64,000 nucleotides of DNA from a virus. Made by a program: the position numbers and the translations under genes. Where the stretch lies: positions 1 to 64,000 of the IMG/VR virus record IMGVR_UViG_3300031841_005424; one strand, given 5' to 3'. This document shows positions 6,273-14,989 of this stretch, piece by piece. The notes under the pieces were generated by a model. The model was not told the origin of the DNA. It did no database searches and saw only the letters and a list, made by a program, of their open reading frames with translations. Position 1 is the stretch's first letter. Every line of letters starts with the position of its first letter.

Positions 6273-6454
6273 GATATATCTTTGATGTCTGTAAAATCTT
6301 CAGTAAGCTCAGAGCAGTGGTACCATCCAGATGGGACATTTCTGTCTAGAAATACCATGTATGCCATGAAGTCCATAACAGCGAAACATTTACCCATGCA
6401 CTTAAATCTAGTGGAATAAAATATTGCATTTACTTTGAGATCTTCCTTCTTCAT
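6269..6454 (-). CDS. small SH3-like hypothetical protein
   Basis: ORF in operon. Confidence 0.5.
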   Translation of the reverse strand: MKKEDLKVNAIFYSTRFKCMGKCFAVMDFMAYMVFLDRNVPSGWYHCSELTEDFTDIKDIS

Positions 6455-6462
6455 GCTTTCAA

Positions 6463-6717
6463 TCAGGGCGTTTCAAAAGTAATCCGCATGGTGTGTATAC
6501 GATTAACAAAGTCCTGATTCTCTTCGGAAACATATCCCTCTTGTACTCTTTCTAAATTATCCTCTTCTAATTCTGCCCACTCGCCATTGGTTGGAATATA
6601 GATAAGATGTTTTTGACTAGATGGTGTCGTTTGGATATATATTCCGATCTCGTCTTTTATATTGAGATCAAAAAGGTCATAGTCTATCAAGATCTTGACT
6701 TCTTCTCCTCTTTTCAT
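6463..6717 (-). CDS. SH3-like hypothetical protein
   Basis: MKRGEEVKIL...IGIYI...LERV. Confidence 0.6.
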   Translation of the reverse strand: MKRGEEVKILIDYDLFDLNIKDEIGIYIQTTPSSQKHLIYIPTNGEWAELEEDNLERVQEGYVSEENQDFVNRIHTMRITFETP

Positions 6718-7022
6718 TCACCGTCCCTTGAGATAAGTCGATTTTCCTTTAAAATATCTGAAATTTCTTGACAGAGGTTCAATCTGTCCTCGTAATCATC
6801 ACAACATGCAGCATTATTCTTCTCTAGGGTCTCCCTGATCAGGATGAAGACCTTTTCATATGAATTGCTTGCTTGTTTGAGGCTTTTGCTGTCTAAAAAA
6901 TCTACCGTAAAACCCCTAACGGAGCGTTCCATGCCACTCTTTTGGCTTGGGCACTCTTCAAGTTGCCAGTAGTAGCCATGGCCCTTCCTCTTGTTACCCA
7001 TAATCAGGTCCTTCCATCTCAT
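6714..7022 (-). CDS. hypothetical protein
   Basis: ORF in operon. Confidence 0.6.
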   Translation of the reverse strand: MRWKDLIMGNKRKGHGYYWQLEECPSQKSGMERSVRGFTVDFLDSKSLKQASNSYEKVFILIRETLEKNNAACCDDYEDRLNLCQEISDILKENRLISRDGE

Positions 7023-7194
7023 TCGCTAGTATTATTAAAGAATCAGCCAATTCAAATGCCGAATCTGCATCGAGGTCAATACGCTGGTTTTCACCCAGCA
7101 ATATGGTTACAGTTTTACCTTCTTGAAATAATTCTGCAAGAATAGAGTCTCCACTTGGTGTGTTTATGTAAAAACACTTCTTATTAAAGGTCAT
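6994..7194 (-). CDS. hypothetical protein
   Basis: ORF downstream of promoter. Confidence 0.55.
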   Translation of the reverse strand: MTFNKKCFYINTPSGDSILAELFQEGKTVTILLGENQRIDLDADSAFELADSLIILANEMEGPDYG

Positions 7195-7220
7195 TGGTCA
7201 CCACTTTACTTTCTTTAATG

Positions 7221-7249
7221 ATAGTACTATATTTCTTCGGTCTCGTCAA
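7221..7249 (-). promoter_or_regulatory. sigma70-type promoter
   Basis: TTGACG-N17-TACTAT; -35 lies in a 21-bp tandem duplication. Confidence 0.55.
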
Positions 7250-7466
7250 GCGTTTCTTCGGTCTCGTCAAGTATTTCTTGAGACTCGTCTAGGGGAAAGA
7301 GTCTCCAGTATTTATATTTGACGATATCTCCCTTGAGCATACCAGTCTCAACACGCACATTGTAGTGGTCTTTACCTACATGCCCAATGACAACACCCTC
7401 TACTTTTAGGGGTCGACCAAAAGGAAAATCTAGTACCTTAACTTTATCGCCTTTTTTAAACTCCAT
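7227..7466 (-). CDS. KOW-motif protein
   Basis: FKKGDKVKVLD-x-PF...EGVVI (NusG/ribosomal KOW-like). Confidence 0.65.
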   Translation of the reverse strand: MEFKKGDKVKVLDFPFGRPLKVEGVVIGHVGKDHYNVRVETGMLKGDIVKYKYWRLFPLDESQEILDETEETLDETEEI

Positions 7467-7508
7467 ACATTTAAATAGTTTAGAGTCTTCAATATTGCTT
7501 CAGTCTAG

Positions 7509-7661
7509 TCAATCAGGATCCTGAAGTCTCTTTTTAACCTCTTTCCTGATTGTCTCCGCGAGGGCCAGAGATAAATGTTCTCTGGCGCGCTGTGAGGCCA
7601 AGTTTATCTGAGATTCTTTGACTCTTTCAAGATATTCGAGAATTATATTTTCTAGTCTCAT
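7509..7661 (-). CDS. 50-aa helical protein (not in track)
   Basis: MRLENIILEYLERVKESQINLASQRAREHL...; TAATG coupling with MTase stop. Confidence 0.55.
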   Translation of the reverse strand: MRLENIILEYLERVKESQINLASQRAREHLSLALAETIRKEVKKRLQDPD

Positions 7662-8674
7662 TATCTTTCGCCCCCTATCATTAGTATCTCTCTCGCTGCT
7701 TTAGCAGAATGAGAATCATCTGCTTCTTTCTTTTTTCTACCTACAGTATAGGTTACATCAAAGTATTCTATTTTGCAACCTTTATTTCTGTTTTCAAAAA
7801 AGCCATCTCCCCAATCGCGATTCGATAATAAAGAGTATGATCCACTATTGTATGAATGGTGAAAGAAGTCAAGGACTTTTTCTTGGAAAATATCATCCAA
7901 GTTGGTCCCATAATCAGCAAAGGTCCTCTCTTCTTCCGAGGCTGACCGATAAGGAGGGTCTAAGAAGACAAAGGAACCTTTCCCGATGGACTGGAGCGTA
8001 TCGGCAAAATCACATGAAGTAATAGTACACTTTTGGAGTGCTTCGTGCCACTTTTGTACGTTTTCTTTGTCATAAACCGTGTCTGTTTGCCGCATAAGGC
8101 CACAAGGGGTGTTAAAGCGACCATGACCCTTGCCAAGCTGCCAAACGCCGTTAAAGGCTGTTTTCATTAGGAAATAAAGGACTCCTGCTTCAAACGATGG
8201 ATGCCAGTTTTGATAGCTTTCCTGATAAGACTGACGAATCTTAAAGAAGAAACTTCTTCTTGTTTCTTTCTCCTTGTAAATCTTGTGCCAATCGTACTTG
8301 TTTCCCTTTAGTTTAAACTTCTTCTCGAGATCTACATCTTTTGCACCTGTTGGATGATCAACCCAAACGGTCTTGTTATCTTTCTTTGATTTTTGCTTTG
8401 GGGGATCAAGGTCCAAATATTTTGATGACAATCTATCCATCGTTGCCGTGAAGGTAGGCAAATCATCTCGAATGGCCTGATAGATGCCAATGATGTGTTC
8501 GTTAATATCATTGATAAAGAAATTGGCATCTGGGTTCTTTTCATATGCCCAGGTAAACATTGCACCTCCACCAAAAAAAGGCTCATGATAAGAGTCAAAA
8601 CTTTCAGGAAGAAAAGGTGCATAATGTTCTAAGAGCTTGGTCTTGCCACCAGCCCACATAAAAAGAGGTGTCAT
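7661..8674 (-). CDS. Dam/D12-class N6-adenine DNA methyltransferase
   Basis: WAGGK, EPFFGGG (SAM motif I), FNG...FNTP, FLDPPY (motif IV), LSN. Confidence 0.93.
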   Translation of the reverse strand: MTPLFMWAGGKTKLLEHYAPFLPESFDSYHEPFFGGGAMFTWAYEKNPDANFFINDINEHIIGIYQAIRDDLPTFTATMDRLSSKYLDLDPPKQKSKKDNKTVWVDHPTGAKDVDLEKKFKLKGNKYDWHKIYKEKETRRSFFFKIRQSYQESYQNWHPSFEAGVLYFLMKTAFNGVWQLGKGHGRFNTPCGLMRQTDTVYDKENVQKWHEALQKCTITSCDFADTLQSIGKGSFVFLDPPYRSASEEERTFADYGTNLDDIFQEKVLDFFHHSYNSGSYSLLSNRDWGDGFFENRNKGCKIEYFDVTYTVGRKKKEADDSHSAKAAREILMIGGER

Positions 8675-9153
8675 ACAATATCCATAATTTGTTGGGCAAC
8701 TTCCTCGATGTTGCCAAAGTCTTCCTTCATAATAGCATAGTTCTCTTCTTCTAGCAAGAGAGAAAACTCATTAATGTATTTTTCTTTCTGAAAGGTCTTT
8801 CCCGAAAAAATAAAGAAGAATGGCTTTGGAACAGTACCATACTCCCTTGAAACTTTCTTCTGAAGGGGTTTGGACAAAAACTTATATACCCTTTCGTGAG
8901 CGTTTCCTCCGTTATTGCCTGTCTTCTTTTCGATGAAGATCTTCTTGCCAGACTGGCGATTGGTGATCATGGCGTCTAAGACAACTCCCCTTCGGGAGCC
9001 ATAAATCTCAAGTTTTTTCGGCTTGAGAGTCACCTCATAATAATCTGGCAGGTGTTTTGCCAAAGCGGTGACGATCGCTTCCTCGCCTGTGTCCCCAATG
9101 ATTCGGGCACCAAGTTGCCAGTTACCTCTGTCTGAAAGATGTTTCGCTGCCAT
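8671..9153 (-). CDS. MunI/EcoRI-like type II restriction endonuclease
   Basis: LD...FIEKK (PD-ExK) and GNAHER signature; ATGA-coupled to the MTase. Confidence 0.75.
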   Translation of the reverse strand: MAAKHLSDRGNWQLGARIIGDTGEEAIVTALAKHLPDYYEVTLKPKKLEIYGSRRGVVLDAMITNRQSGKKIFIEKKTGNNGGNAHERVYKFLSKPLQKKVSREYGTVPKPFFFIFSGKTFQKEKYINEFSLLLEEENYAIMKEDFGNIEEVAQQIMDIV

Positions 9154-9157
9154 TATC

Positions 9158-9706
9158 TTAATCTCTTACCAATGAATGTTTATAGCAAACTGGCTGGTAA
9201 GCCTCTGCTCCTCCAACCAATACTTCTTTTTCTTCTTTGCAAAGACGCTCTGTGTAATAAGCATCCCTATCACACTTAGCACACACAGCAGGGCACACCT
9301 CTATACTAGTTGCCCAAGGCATAATACCCTTAACCTCTTCAAATGCGGTATAGCCCGTAGGCTGGGAGGACAATTGTAGAGTAGATATTAGAATGGTCTT
9401 CCCTTGCCTATAGAGGTCAAAGCAAGCGCGGGCTGACCCTGGGATCATAAACATTTCATCCACGGCCACAACGTCATGCTCTGTTGCTCTTTCAAACATT
9501 TCTGCACCTGTTCTCACCAGTACAGAAGTGTGCTCCTGTCCTTTGTGTGTAACCACCTTACTATCAGAATATCTGTTGTCCATTTTTGGTTTGAACAAGA
9601 TAGTGCTCTTGTTTTGGTATCGGTATCTTTCCAGTGCCGCAAGCATTCTGGTAGTTTTACCGCCAAACATTGGTCCAGTAAATATTTTGAGTTCAGGTGA
9701 TTTCAT
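9158..9706 (-). CDS. tdk: thymidine kinase
   Basis: GPMFGGKTT P-loop, DNRY, VDE, CAKC...GG...Y-x-PVC zinc lasso. Confidence 0.95.
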   Translation of the reverse strand: MKSPELKIFTGPMFGGKTTRMLAALERYRYQNKSTILFKPKMDNRYSDSKVVTHKGQEHTSVLVRTGAEMFERATEHDVVAVDEMFMIPGSARACFDLYRQGKTILISTLQLSSQPTGYTAFEEVKGIMPWATSIEVCPAVCAKCDRDAYYTERLCKEEKEVLVGGAEAYQPVCYKHSLVRD

Positions 9707-10204
9707 TTACAGCACCACCGAAAAGGTTCCACCGTTATGCTCAACACTAGCAGTCCAGCCAGAAGCAGAACTTGGTGACTCCTTCAGTTGACCCAAGGTT
9801 GTTTTGAGCGTTGAGGACACAGTGCAAACTCCACGCTTGTGGTCGTACTGCTCGATGCTGGTTTCAATGAGAGAGTCAAGTTCCCAAAAGTTCTCCTTGA
9901 TTTGCTCTGTGACATAAGTCTCAAAATCAAAATCACCTCTCTCATAATCTTCAAGAAGGTCTTGGTCTCTCAACTCATCAAGAGCATTGCTGTTTGTCCA
10001 ACCAACCGTGGCTGCTAATGTATAATCAGTAATAACTGATGCTACATGGTCTGCTGTAACAGTTTCCTGAACTGCGTCGCTCTCCAATTCGCCAGTCGAA
10101 TGCCAACCTTCGTGTCGGTCCTCATAGGTTAAAGTTACAATAGTATCGTCATTCCCAGGAATGTTATTTACATCGCTCATGTTTTCTCCTTTATTGTTAA
10201 GCAA
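9707..10204 (-). CDS. acidic hypothetical protein (probable start MSDVNN)
   Basis: AAAGGAG SD; downstream of promoter. Confidence 0.65.
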   Translation of the reverse strand: MLNNKGENMSDVNNIPGNDDTIVTLTYEDRHEGWHSTGELESDAVQETVTADHVASVITDYTLAATVGWTNSNALDELRDQDLLEDYERGDFDFETYVTEQIKENFWELDSLIETSIEQYDHKRGVCTVSSTLKTTLGQLKESPSSASGWTASVEHNGGTFSVVL

Positions 10205-10226
10205 ATGTGTTTCACATTGTTTTTAT

Positions 10227-10255
10227 ATATTATCGTATCTTTCGGGATTTGTCAA
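10227..10255 (-). promoter_or_regulatory. sigma70-type promoter
   Basis: TTGACA-N17-TAATAT. Confidence 0.65.
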
Positions 10256-10563
10256 TCAAAAAAGTGACAGTTTTCTCTTTGCCAGGCGAATTCGATTGTG
10301 TCGCAATCTTCAGGCCGAAGGATCCAACAATATTTGCTATTGTCTTTCGTGTCACCGTAACATTGTGGTGTGCATAGTTTTCCATGCTCTCTTGATTCTG
10401 GGTTGTGACAGATCCATATTTCATTAGATCGCACTAATGCATCTAATACATCTGTCGTGATCGGAGTCGGGGTCGGGGTCGGAGTGGTGGGATCTGGGTC
10501 TTCCATTGCTACCTGATAACTACAGGCGACCAAGAAAATAGCGAACAAAGTCTTTTTAAGCAT
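10252..10563 (-). CDS. small Cys-rich lipoprotein
   Basis: MLKK-hydrophobic-LVAC lipobox, PT linker, six further Cys. Confidence 0.7.
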   Translation of the reverse strand: MLKKTLFAIFLVACSYQVAMEDPDPTTPTPTPTPITTDVLDALVRSNEIWICHNPESREHGKLCTPQCYGDTKDNSKYCWILRPEDCDTIEFAWQRENCHFFD

Positions 10564-11023
10564 AATCCTTTTCTACTACTATTAGTGCTCCCAAGTTGTG
10601 CTCGCTTTCGTGGTGGCATGACCAGCCATATTCTTCCACAACCATAGTAGCAATACCTCTCATCTTGTCAGAAGTGCCTGTTATTATCTTACAGGGAAGC
10701 TCAATAAAATTTAAGAACTTTTTTATTTTTTCTTCTGCGTCCTGATGTCTTGTCCCGTGAAGATCAAGAGTTCTCATTTTTCTTTGCATTCTCCTTCTTT
10801 TTGACGTACTATAGCTTATGAAGACCTTTGAGTTGGTATCGACGGCGCTCCAAAGATTCTCTTTCTTTAGGCGGCCCTCGTAGCCCTCCATTATGTAGTA
10901 TATGTATTTTGGTGTAACCTTAACAACTAGACCGTTGTTTTCACCTGCGATGATGAGATCGCCTTTTCTTATCTTGTAACCTTGCAAGTCTATTCCTTTC
11001 TTTCTTCCAGCTTGAAAAGCCAA
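10556..11023 (-). CDS. KOW plus Smr domain protein
   Basis: IRKGDLII (KOW) then TLDLHG...KIITG...NLGALIV (Smr). Confidence 0.75.
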   Translation of the reverse strand: MAFQAGRKKGIDLQGYKIRKGDLIIAGENNGLVVKVTPKYIYYIMEGYEGRLKKENLWSAVDTNSKVFISYSTSKRRRMQRKMRTLDLHGTRHQDAEEKIKKFLNFIELPCKIITGTSDKMRGIATMVVEEYGWSCHHESEHNLGALIVVEKDYA

Positions 11024-11274
11024 TTGGTCGAAACCATACCCATTGAATCGGTAATCCTATTTTGACTAGAAACCATATTCATAAAAAATCTTTCGTACTT
11101 AGTGCCGGGTTGCATCTTTACTAGTCCCAGCTCCCTGTGGTTTGTTCTCCCGTCGCTGAGTTCGTGGACATCTATTATCTCCAGAAGAACCCCTATCCAC
11201 TTCTTGCCGTGAAGAAGATGGTATACAAGATCTCCCACTTTCAGCCCTCTGACGATCGATGTCTTTTTGTGCAT
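10990..11274 (-). CDS. KOW/SH3-like protein
   Basis: LKVGDLVY...IGVLLEI; start uncertain. Confidence 0.6.
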   Translation of the reverse strand: MHKKTSIVRGLKVGDLVYHLLHGKKWIGVLLEIIDVHELSDGRTNHRELGLVKMQPGTKYERFFMNMVSSQNRITDSMGMVSTNWLFKLEERKE

Positions 11275-11340
11275 AGTAAGATAATACTCCTAAAGTAATT
11301 AAGGAGACTATCCACATAACGACCACTATTCTAGTAAAAT

Positions 11341-11955
11341 TCACGTACTCATTTTCCTCTTCACACAATCATACATATTTACCGATGCCAGTAAACAAAG
11401 ATCACTAACACAAGACTGCGCGACGTCGCCCCTTCTTCTATCCTCAGCATCCTTCAGCACAAACTGCAGTTTTCTGAATGCTTTTTCACAGTTCATATAA
11501 AACTGAAAGGCATCCAACATTGCTGAAAAGCTAGAAAACACAATAGATCGTGAACGAGAGGTGAAATCTGACACGCCATGCTTTTTCACTTCTAGACGAA
11601 AGATAACATCTGTCTTTGCATCGGACCCAGATTGAGAGCGGGACATGGAAAAAATAGGCTTAACGATCAAATCTACCAATTTCAAATTTTGAAGAGATAC
11701 GTAGTCTTTCAAAAAAAGATGGTGACAAGTGGTAAAAATAGCATCGACGAAACCGTGAGCGACGACACCATCAAACGAATGACGAACAACGTTATTGGAC
11801 TCTGAAAAATCAAAAGAAAAATCAACAGATGTCTGACTTTCCAAGCTTTCCTGAATGCTAATAGCCACTGGATTCAGCTTTATGATATCGTCACCCAAGC
11901 GGGAGACAAACATTTCTCTAACATCTTCTCTGCGAAAATCATCTGGGGTTTTCAC
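11341..11955 (-). CDS. stand-alone LeuA allosteric (regulatory) domain-like protein
   Basis: HGFVDAIF...LKLVD...GSDAKTDV...SIVFSSFSAMLDA parallels the isopropylmalate synthase C-terminal domain. Confidence 0.55.
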   Translation of the reverse strand: MKTPDDFRREDVREMFVSRLGDDIIKLNPVAISIQESLESQTSVDFSFDFSESNNVVRHSFDGVVAHGFVDAIFTTCHHLFLKDYVSLQNLKLVDLIVKPIFSMSRSQSGSDAKTDVIFRLEVKKHGVSDFTSRSRSIVFSSFSAMLDAFQFYMNCEKAFRKLQFVLKDAEDRRRGDVAQSCVSDLCLLASVNMYDCVKRKMST

Positions 11956-14615
11956 TATTCTAGCCTTTCAAGACCTGCAGAGACCTTGAAGACAGATTTC
12001 ACGTTTTGTAACTTCTTGGTGTCTCTTAGTATCCTAGCCTTGACATCTTCCGGGGAACGAAAGGTGCCGGGTGTCGAAGGAATAAACTTAATCGATAGGC
12101 CAGCAATGTAAGCCCCCTCTGAAATTTTCTGGTTCTTTACAACCACCGTAACTATCGTTACATTCTCGAGGGCTCGCAGATCGGCCAAGATATCATCAAG
12201 GCCTCGGACGCGATCGGATTCTGTGGTCAAGCTATAGGACAACATACAATAGAACTTGTAGATACCCCTTTGGCGGGAACGGCCCTTTTCTTCAAAAATC
12301 GCGCTCTCCACTTCACTAAAAAAGCTGTTTTCTGTTACTCTTCCTTTTCCTAAGAAGGCGTCAATCTCTTCAGCTATATCAATATTCCCTAAACCATGGC
12401 CGTGGGCCTGTCCCTCAGAAACAAAAAAGTCGTCCTCGGTAAAGGGAATCTCCTTTTCTTGTGGGATCACTCCGCCGCGCTGGAGGTACATCCACAAAGG
12501 AACCAATACATAACGGGCTAACTCTTGGTATAGGTCGTTTTCGGTGCCAAGCTTTTTCGATTTCCAAAATCTAGAAGAAATAGAAACTTGCCCTGAATGA
12601 TCGCCCTCAGGACGGTCAAGGCGGTCAAGGGTAGATTTAAGGGCGCGGGTATCACCCCCGAATGACGGATCAGTGAGCGCTTCTCTTGCCATGGCAATTG
12701 TCTGTCTTGCTATATCTGGTAAACCTTCAACAAAGTCTCGCTTGGCTTGGAGCACCTCCGAAGCTATCTCCGATGCTGCTTCCGCTACTGCATTAATGAC
12801 CTTTTCATAATTTTGATCGATAAACTCAACAATATTTAGTACTACATCGATCTCCTGCTGATCTGCTTCCGGGTTCTCCAGAGAGAGCCTAATCTTACCC
12901 TGAAGCCATTCAGTGGAAGGCTGGAGCACATCCAATATATATACCGACAAGGTTTCTGGTATACTTAAATCTTGAATTTTCTTTTGGGCCAGGCCCTTGA
13001 TTGGGAGAACTAGCTGCTTTGCTGCGTAGTCCTGAATCTCTCTATTTAAAGATTGTAGCTTTGAGTCCACTCTTTGTTTTAGTTCTGTTGACGCATACCC
13101 TGAGGGGACTTTTTCACCGAAGGCGTATACTAGTCTTGGAGGCATCCCGGTGACCGGAAAGCTGACCTTACTCTCAAACCTTATTTCCTCTTCACCCACT
13201 GTGTCAAACTTAACAATCTTAAGGTTGTTTAGCTTTGGCTCAGCTATCTCCAAGCTGTCACTAAAAGCATCAAACGCGCTATCCGGAATAAACTCTCCAT
13301 CCATAAGAAACTTCAAAACCACTCTTCGAAGAGTAGCGTGTTCTGAATCTATTTCTGCCATCTTGTCAAGAAAATATTCATACCCATCTGGATTAGGTTC
13401 TGCTTCATCAGCGCTGACCCTGAAACTGAACCGGGTGACTCCGGAATAATCTTCGATCTCTACGTCTTCTAATCCGAAAATCCCTGCTTCGTAGACCCTG
13501 TCAGATATTCTACTAGCTAGCATAGCTATTTCTCTGTAGTCGTCTGGTAATGGTACTTCTCCTTCTTCAAAGATACTGTTGTCCAGTTCTACGTCGAATC
13601 CGCCGGACATCATGACATAGGCACCGTCGCCATAATCACCCACTTCCGCGTCATAGTAACCATGCTGAATCTTAGAATGATATTCTTCGTTAAGCTCATT
13701 GATCCTAGCTTCCCAGCCTGACGTTACATCTGGTGGATCGGTGAGTATGTTTTCTGATCCTGCAAGCAAAAGCTCATCTGCAAATTCCTCAACCTCTTCT
13801 CGTTCTTCATCGTCCAAATCATCAATGGGGTTTTGACCAGTTCTTTTGTGATTAAGGGAGACGGCATTAATGAAAGCTTCGTAGCCGATTTCGTCATCTC
13901 TAGCGTCGAAAAACTCTTCATACTCACCATCACTATCATAAACAACAGCAATCTTATGTAATGGTAGATTATCCTCTATATTGTCGAACCTCATCATTAC
14001 GAAACCCTTTCCGTCTGATGTATATTGATCAAAATAGTTTCTAGATTTCTCTGCGGAAATGCACCACCTTGTATTTCTTCCATAAAAACAAGAAGCTTCT
14101 TTTGTTTTTGGTCGAACCGCAAAGACATCATCGTCGTCATATACGATTTCAGAACCCTCCATAGCCTGCTCTTTCTTTCTCTCTCTCTTTTTTGCCTGGG
14201 TTTCAGGCAACTCATCTAGAGCAGACCTGAGACTGCTTTCATCAAATTTGTAGATATCTTTTTCTTTCATTCTTTGTTGGTTTTTTTCAAACTCGGATAT
14301 CAAAGTAAGAAAGTCATCAGCCACTGCAAGGACAGCTGGGCTGTTCGCTGTTCGATGAGGCCACCATGGTGGATTGCCCATATCCTCTTCATATTTGTTT
14401 TTCATCTCTCTGGCAAACCAGAGCAAATACTTTGAAACACCCCTAGGCCCGAGGGAGTTTTCTATTTGTCGGCGGGCATAGTTTATCCATCCGCCCTCAT
14501 CAAGTAAGGGATACTTTTTTTTGATATCCTTAACCTTCGCCTCTACGATTAGGTCAGGATATCTCTGCTCGAGAAGAAAGCTTCTCCATTTTTTCTGAAA
14601 TTTCATAAAAAACAC
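11955..14615 (-). CDS. large acidic hypothetical protein, probable internal virion protein
   Basis: 886 aa; ACTATTTA motif upstream; N-terminal FLLE/LIVE candidate prohead-protease sites. Confidence 0.7.
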   Translation of the reverse strand: MFFMKFQKKWRSFLLEQRYPDLIVEAKVKDIKKKYPLLDEGGWINYARRQIENSLGPRGVSKYLLWFAREMKNKYEEDMGNPPWWPHRTANSPAVLAVADDFLTLISEFEKNQQRMKEKDIYKFDESSLRSALDELPETQAKKRERKKEQAMEGSEIVYDDDDVFAVRPKTKEASCFYGRNTRWCISAEKSRNYFDQYTSDGKGFVMMRFDNIEDNLPLHKIAVVYDSDGEYEEFFDARDDEIGYEAFINAVSLNHKRTGQNPIDDLDDEEREEVEEFADELLLAGSENILTDPPDVTSGWEARINELNEEYHSKIQHGYYDAEVGDYGDGAYVMMSGGFDVELDNSIFEEGEVPLPDDYREIAMLASRISDRVYEAGIFGLEDVEIEDYSGVTRFSFRVSADEAEPNPDGYEYFLDKMAEIDSEHATLRRVVLKFLMDGEFIPDSAFDAFSDSLEIAEPKLNNLKIVKFDTVGEEEIRFESKVSFPVTGMPPRLVYAFGEKVPSGYASTELKQRVDSKLQSLNREIQDYAAKQLVLPIKGLAQKKIQDLSIPETLSVYILDVLQPSTEWLQGKIRLSLENPEADQQEIDVVLNIVEFIDQNYEKVINAVAEAASEIASEVLQAKRDFVEGLPDIARQTIAMAREALTDPSFGGDTRALKSTLDRLDRPEGDHSGQVSISSRFWKSKKLGTENDLYQELARYVLVPLWMYLQRGGVIPQEKEIPFTEDDFFVSEGQAHGHGLGNIDIAEEIDAFLGKGRVTENSFFSEVESAIFEEKGRSRQRGIYKFYCMLSYSLTTESDRVRGLDDILADLRALENVTIVTVVVKNQKISEGAYIAGLSIKFIPSTPGTFRSPEDVKARILRDTKKLQNVKSVFKVSAGLERLE

Positions 14616-14650
14616 CTTTATATTCTAAATAGTAACTTGTAAAGGACCGT

Positions 14651-14989
14651 TCAATAAAAAATCTGTATTGCTATAATCAACATAGAAAGAAACAAACAGA
14701 GCATGGTTTTGGTTGTGAACATTGACTCTCCCAGCAAATAATAGGTCAATATTGGAAATATCACAAATCCAGTGCAAGAGCCGATAAAACGAGCAGACCA
14801 AACAGAACCAGTCGCTTCGCTTACAAGCTTCCATGCGTACCAGAAGGATATACTAGCGGGGATTCCTATAGCTATGGCAGATAATATCGGCTTGTCTTTC
14901 CACCATTCTGACATTTTCTGTAAGTTAAGTTGATACCAGCCAAAAATTTGACCTAAAAAAAATATTGCAATACCTAGCCAGAGCTTCAT
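14651..14989 (-). CDS. 4-TM small membrane protein (SMR/DMT-like)
   Basis: four hydrophobic helices, LLGE before last TM. Confidence 0.6.
   Translation of the reverse strand: MKLWLGIAIFFLGQIFGWYQLNLQKMSEWWKDKPILSAIAIGIPASISFWYAWKLVSEATGSVWSARFIGSCTGFVIFPILTYYLLGESMFTTKTMLCLFLSMLIIAIQIFY

Noticed and set aside
7232-7271. 21-bp tandem duplication (LDETEE) at the end of 7227..7466
   Set aside because: A simple local duplication that copies a -35 hexamer; no evidence of further function.
11099-11368. ORF with N-terminal TM overlapping the KOW gene 10990..11274
   Set aside because: The hydrophobic start could be a real short gene, but most of the ORF overlaps the KOW gene and reads as low-information sequence, so it is not supportable.
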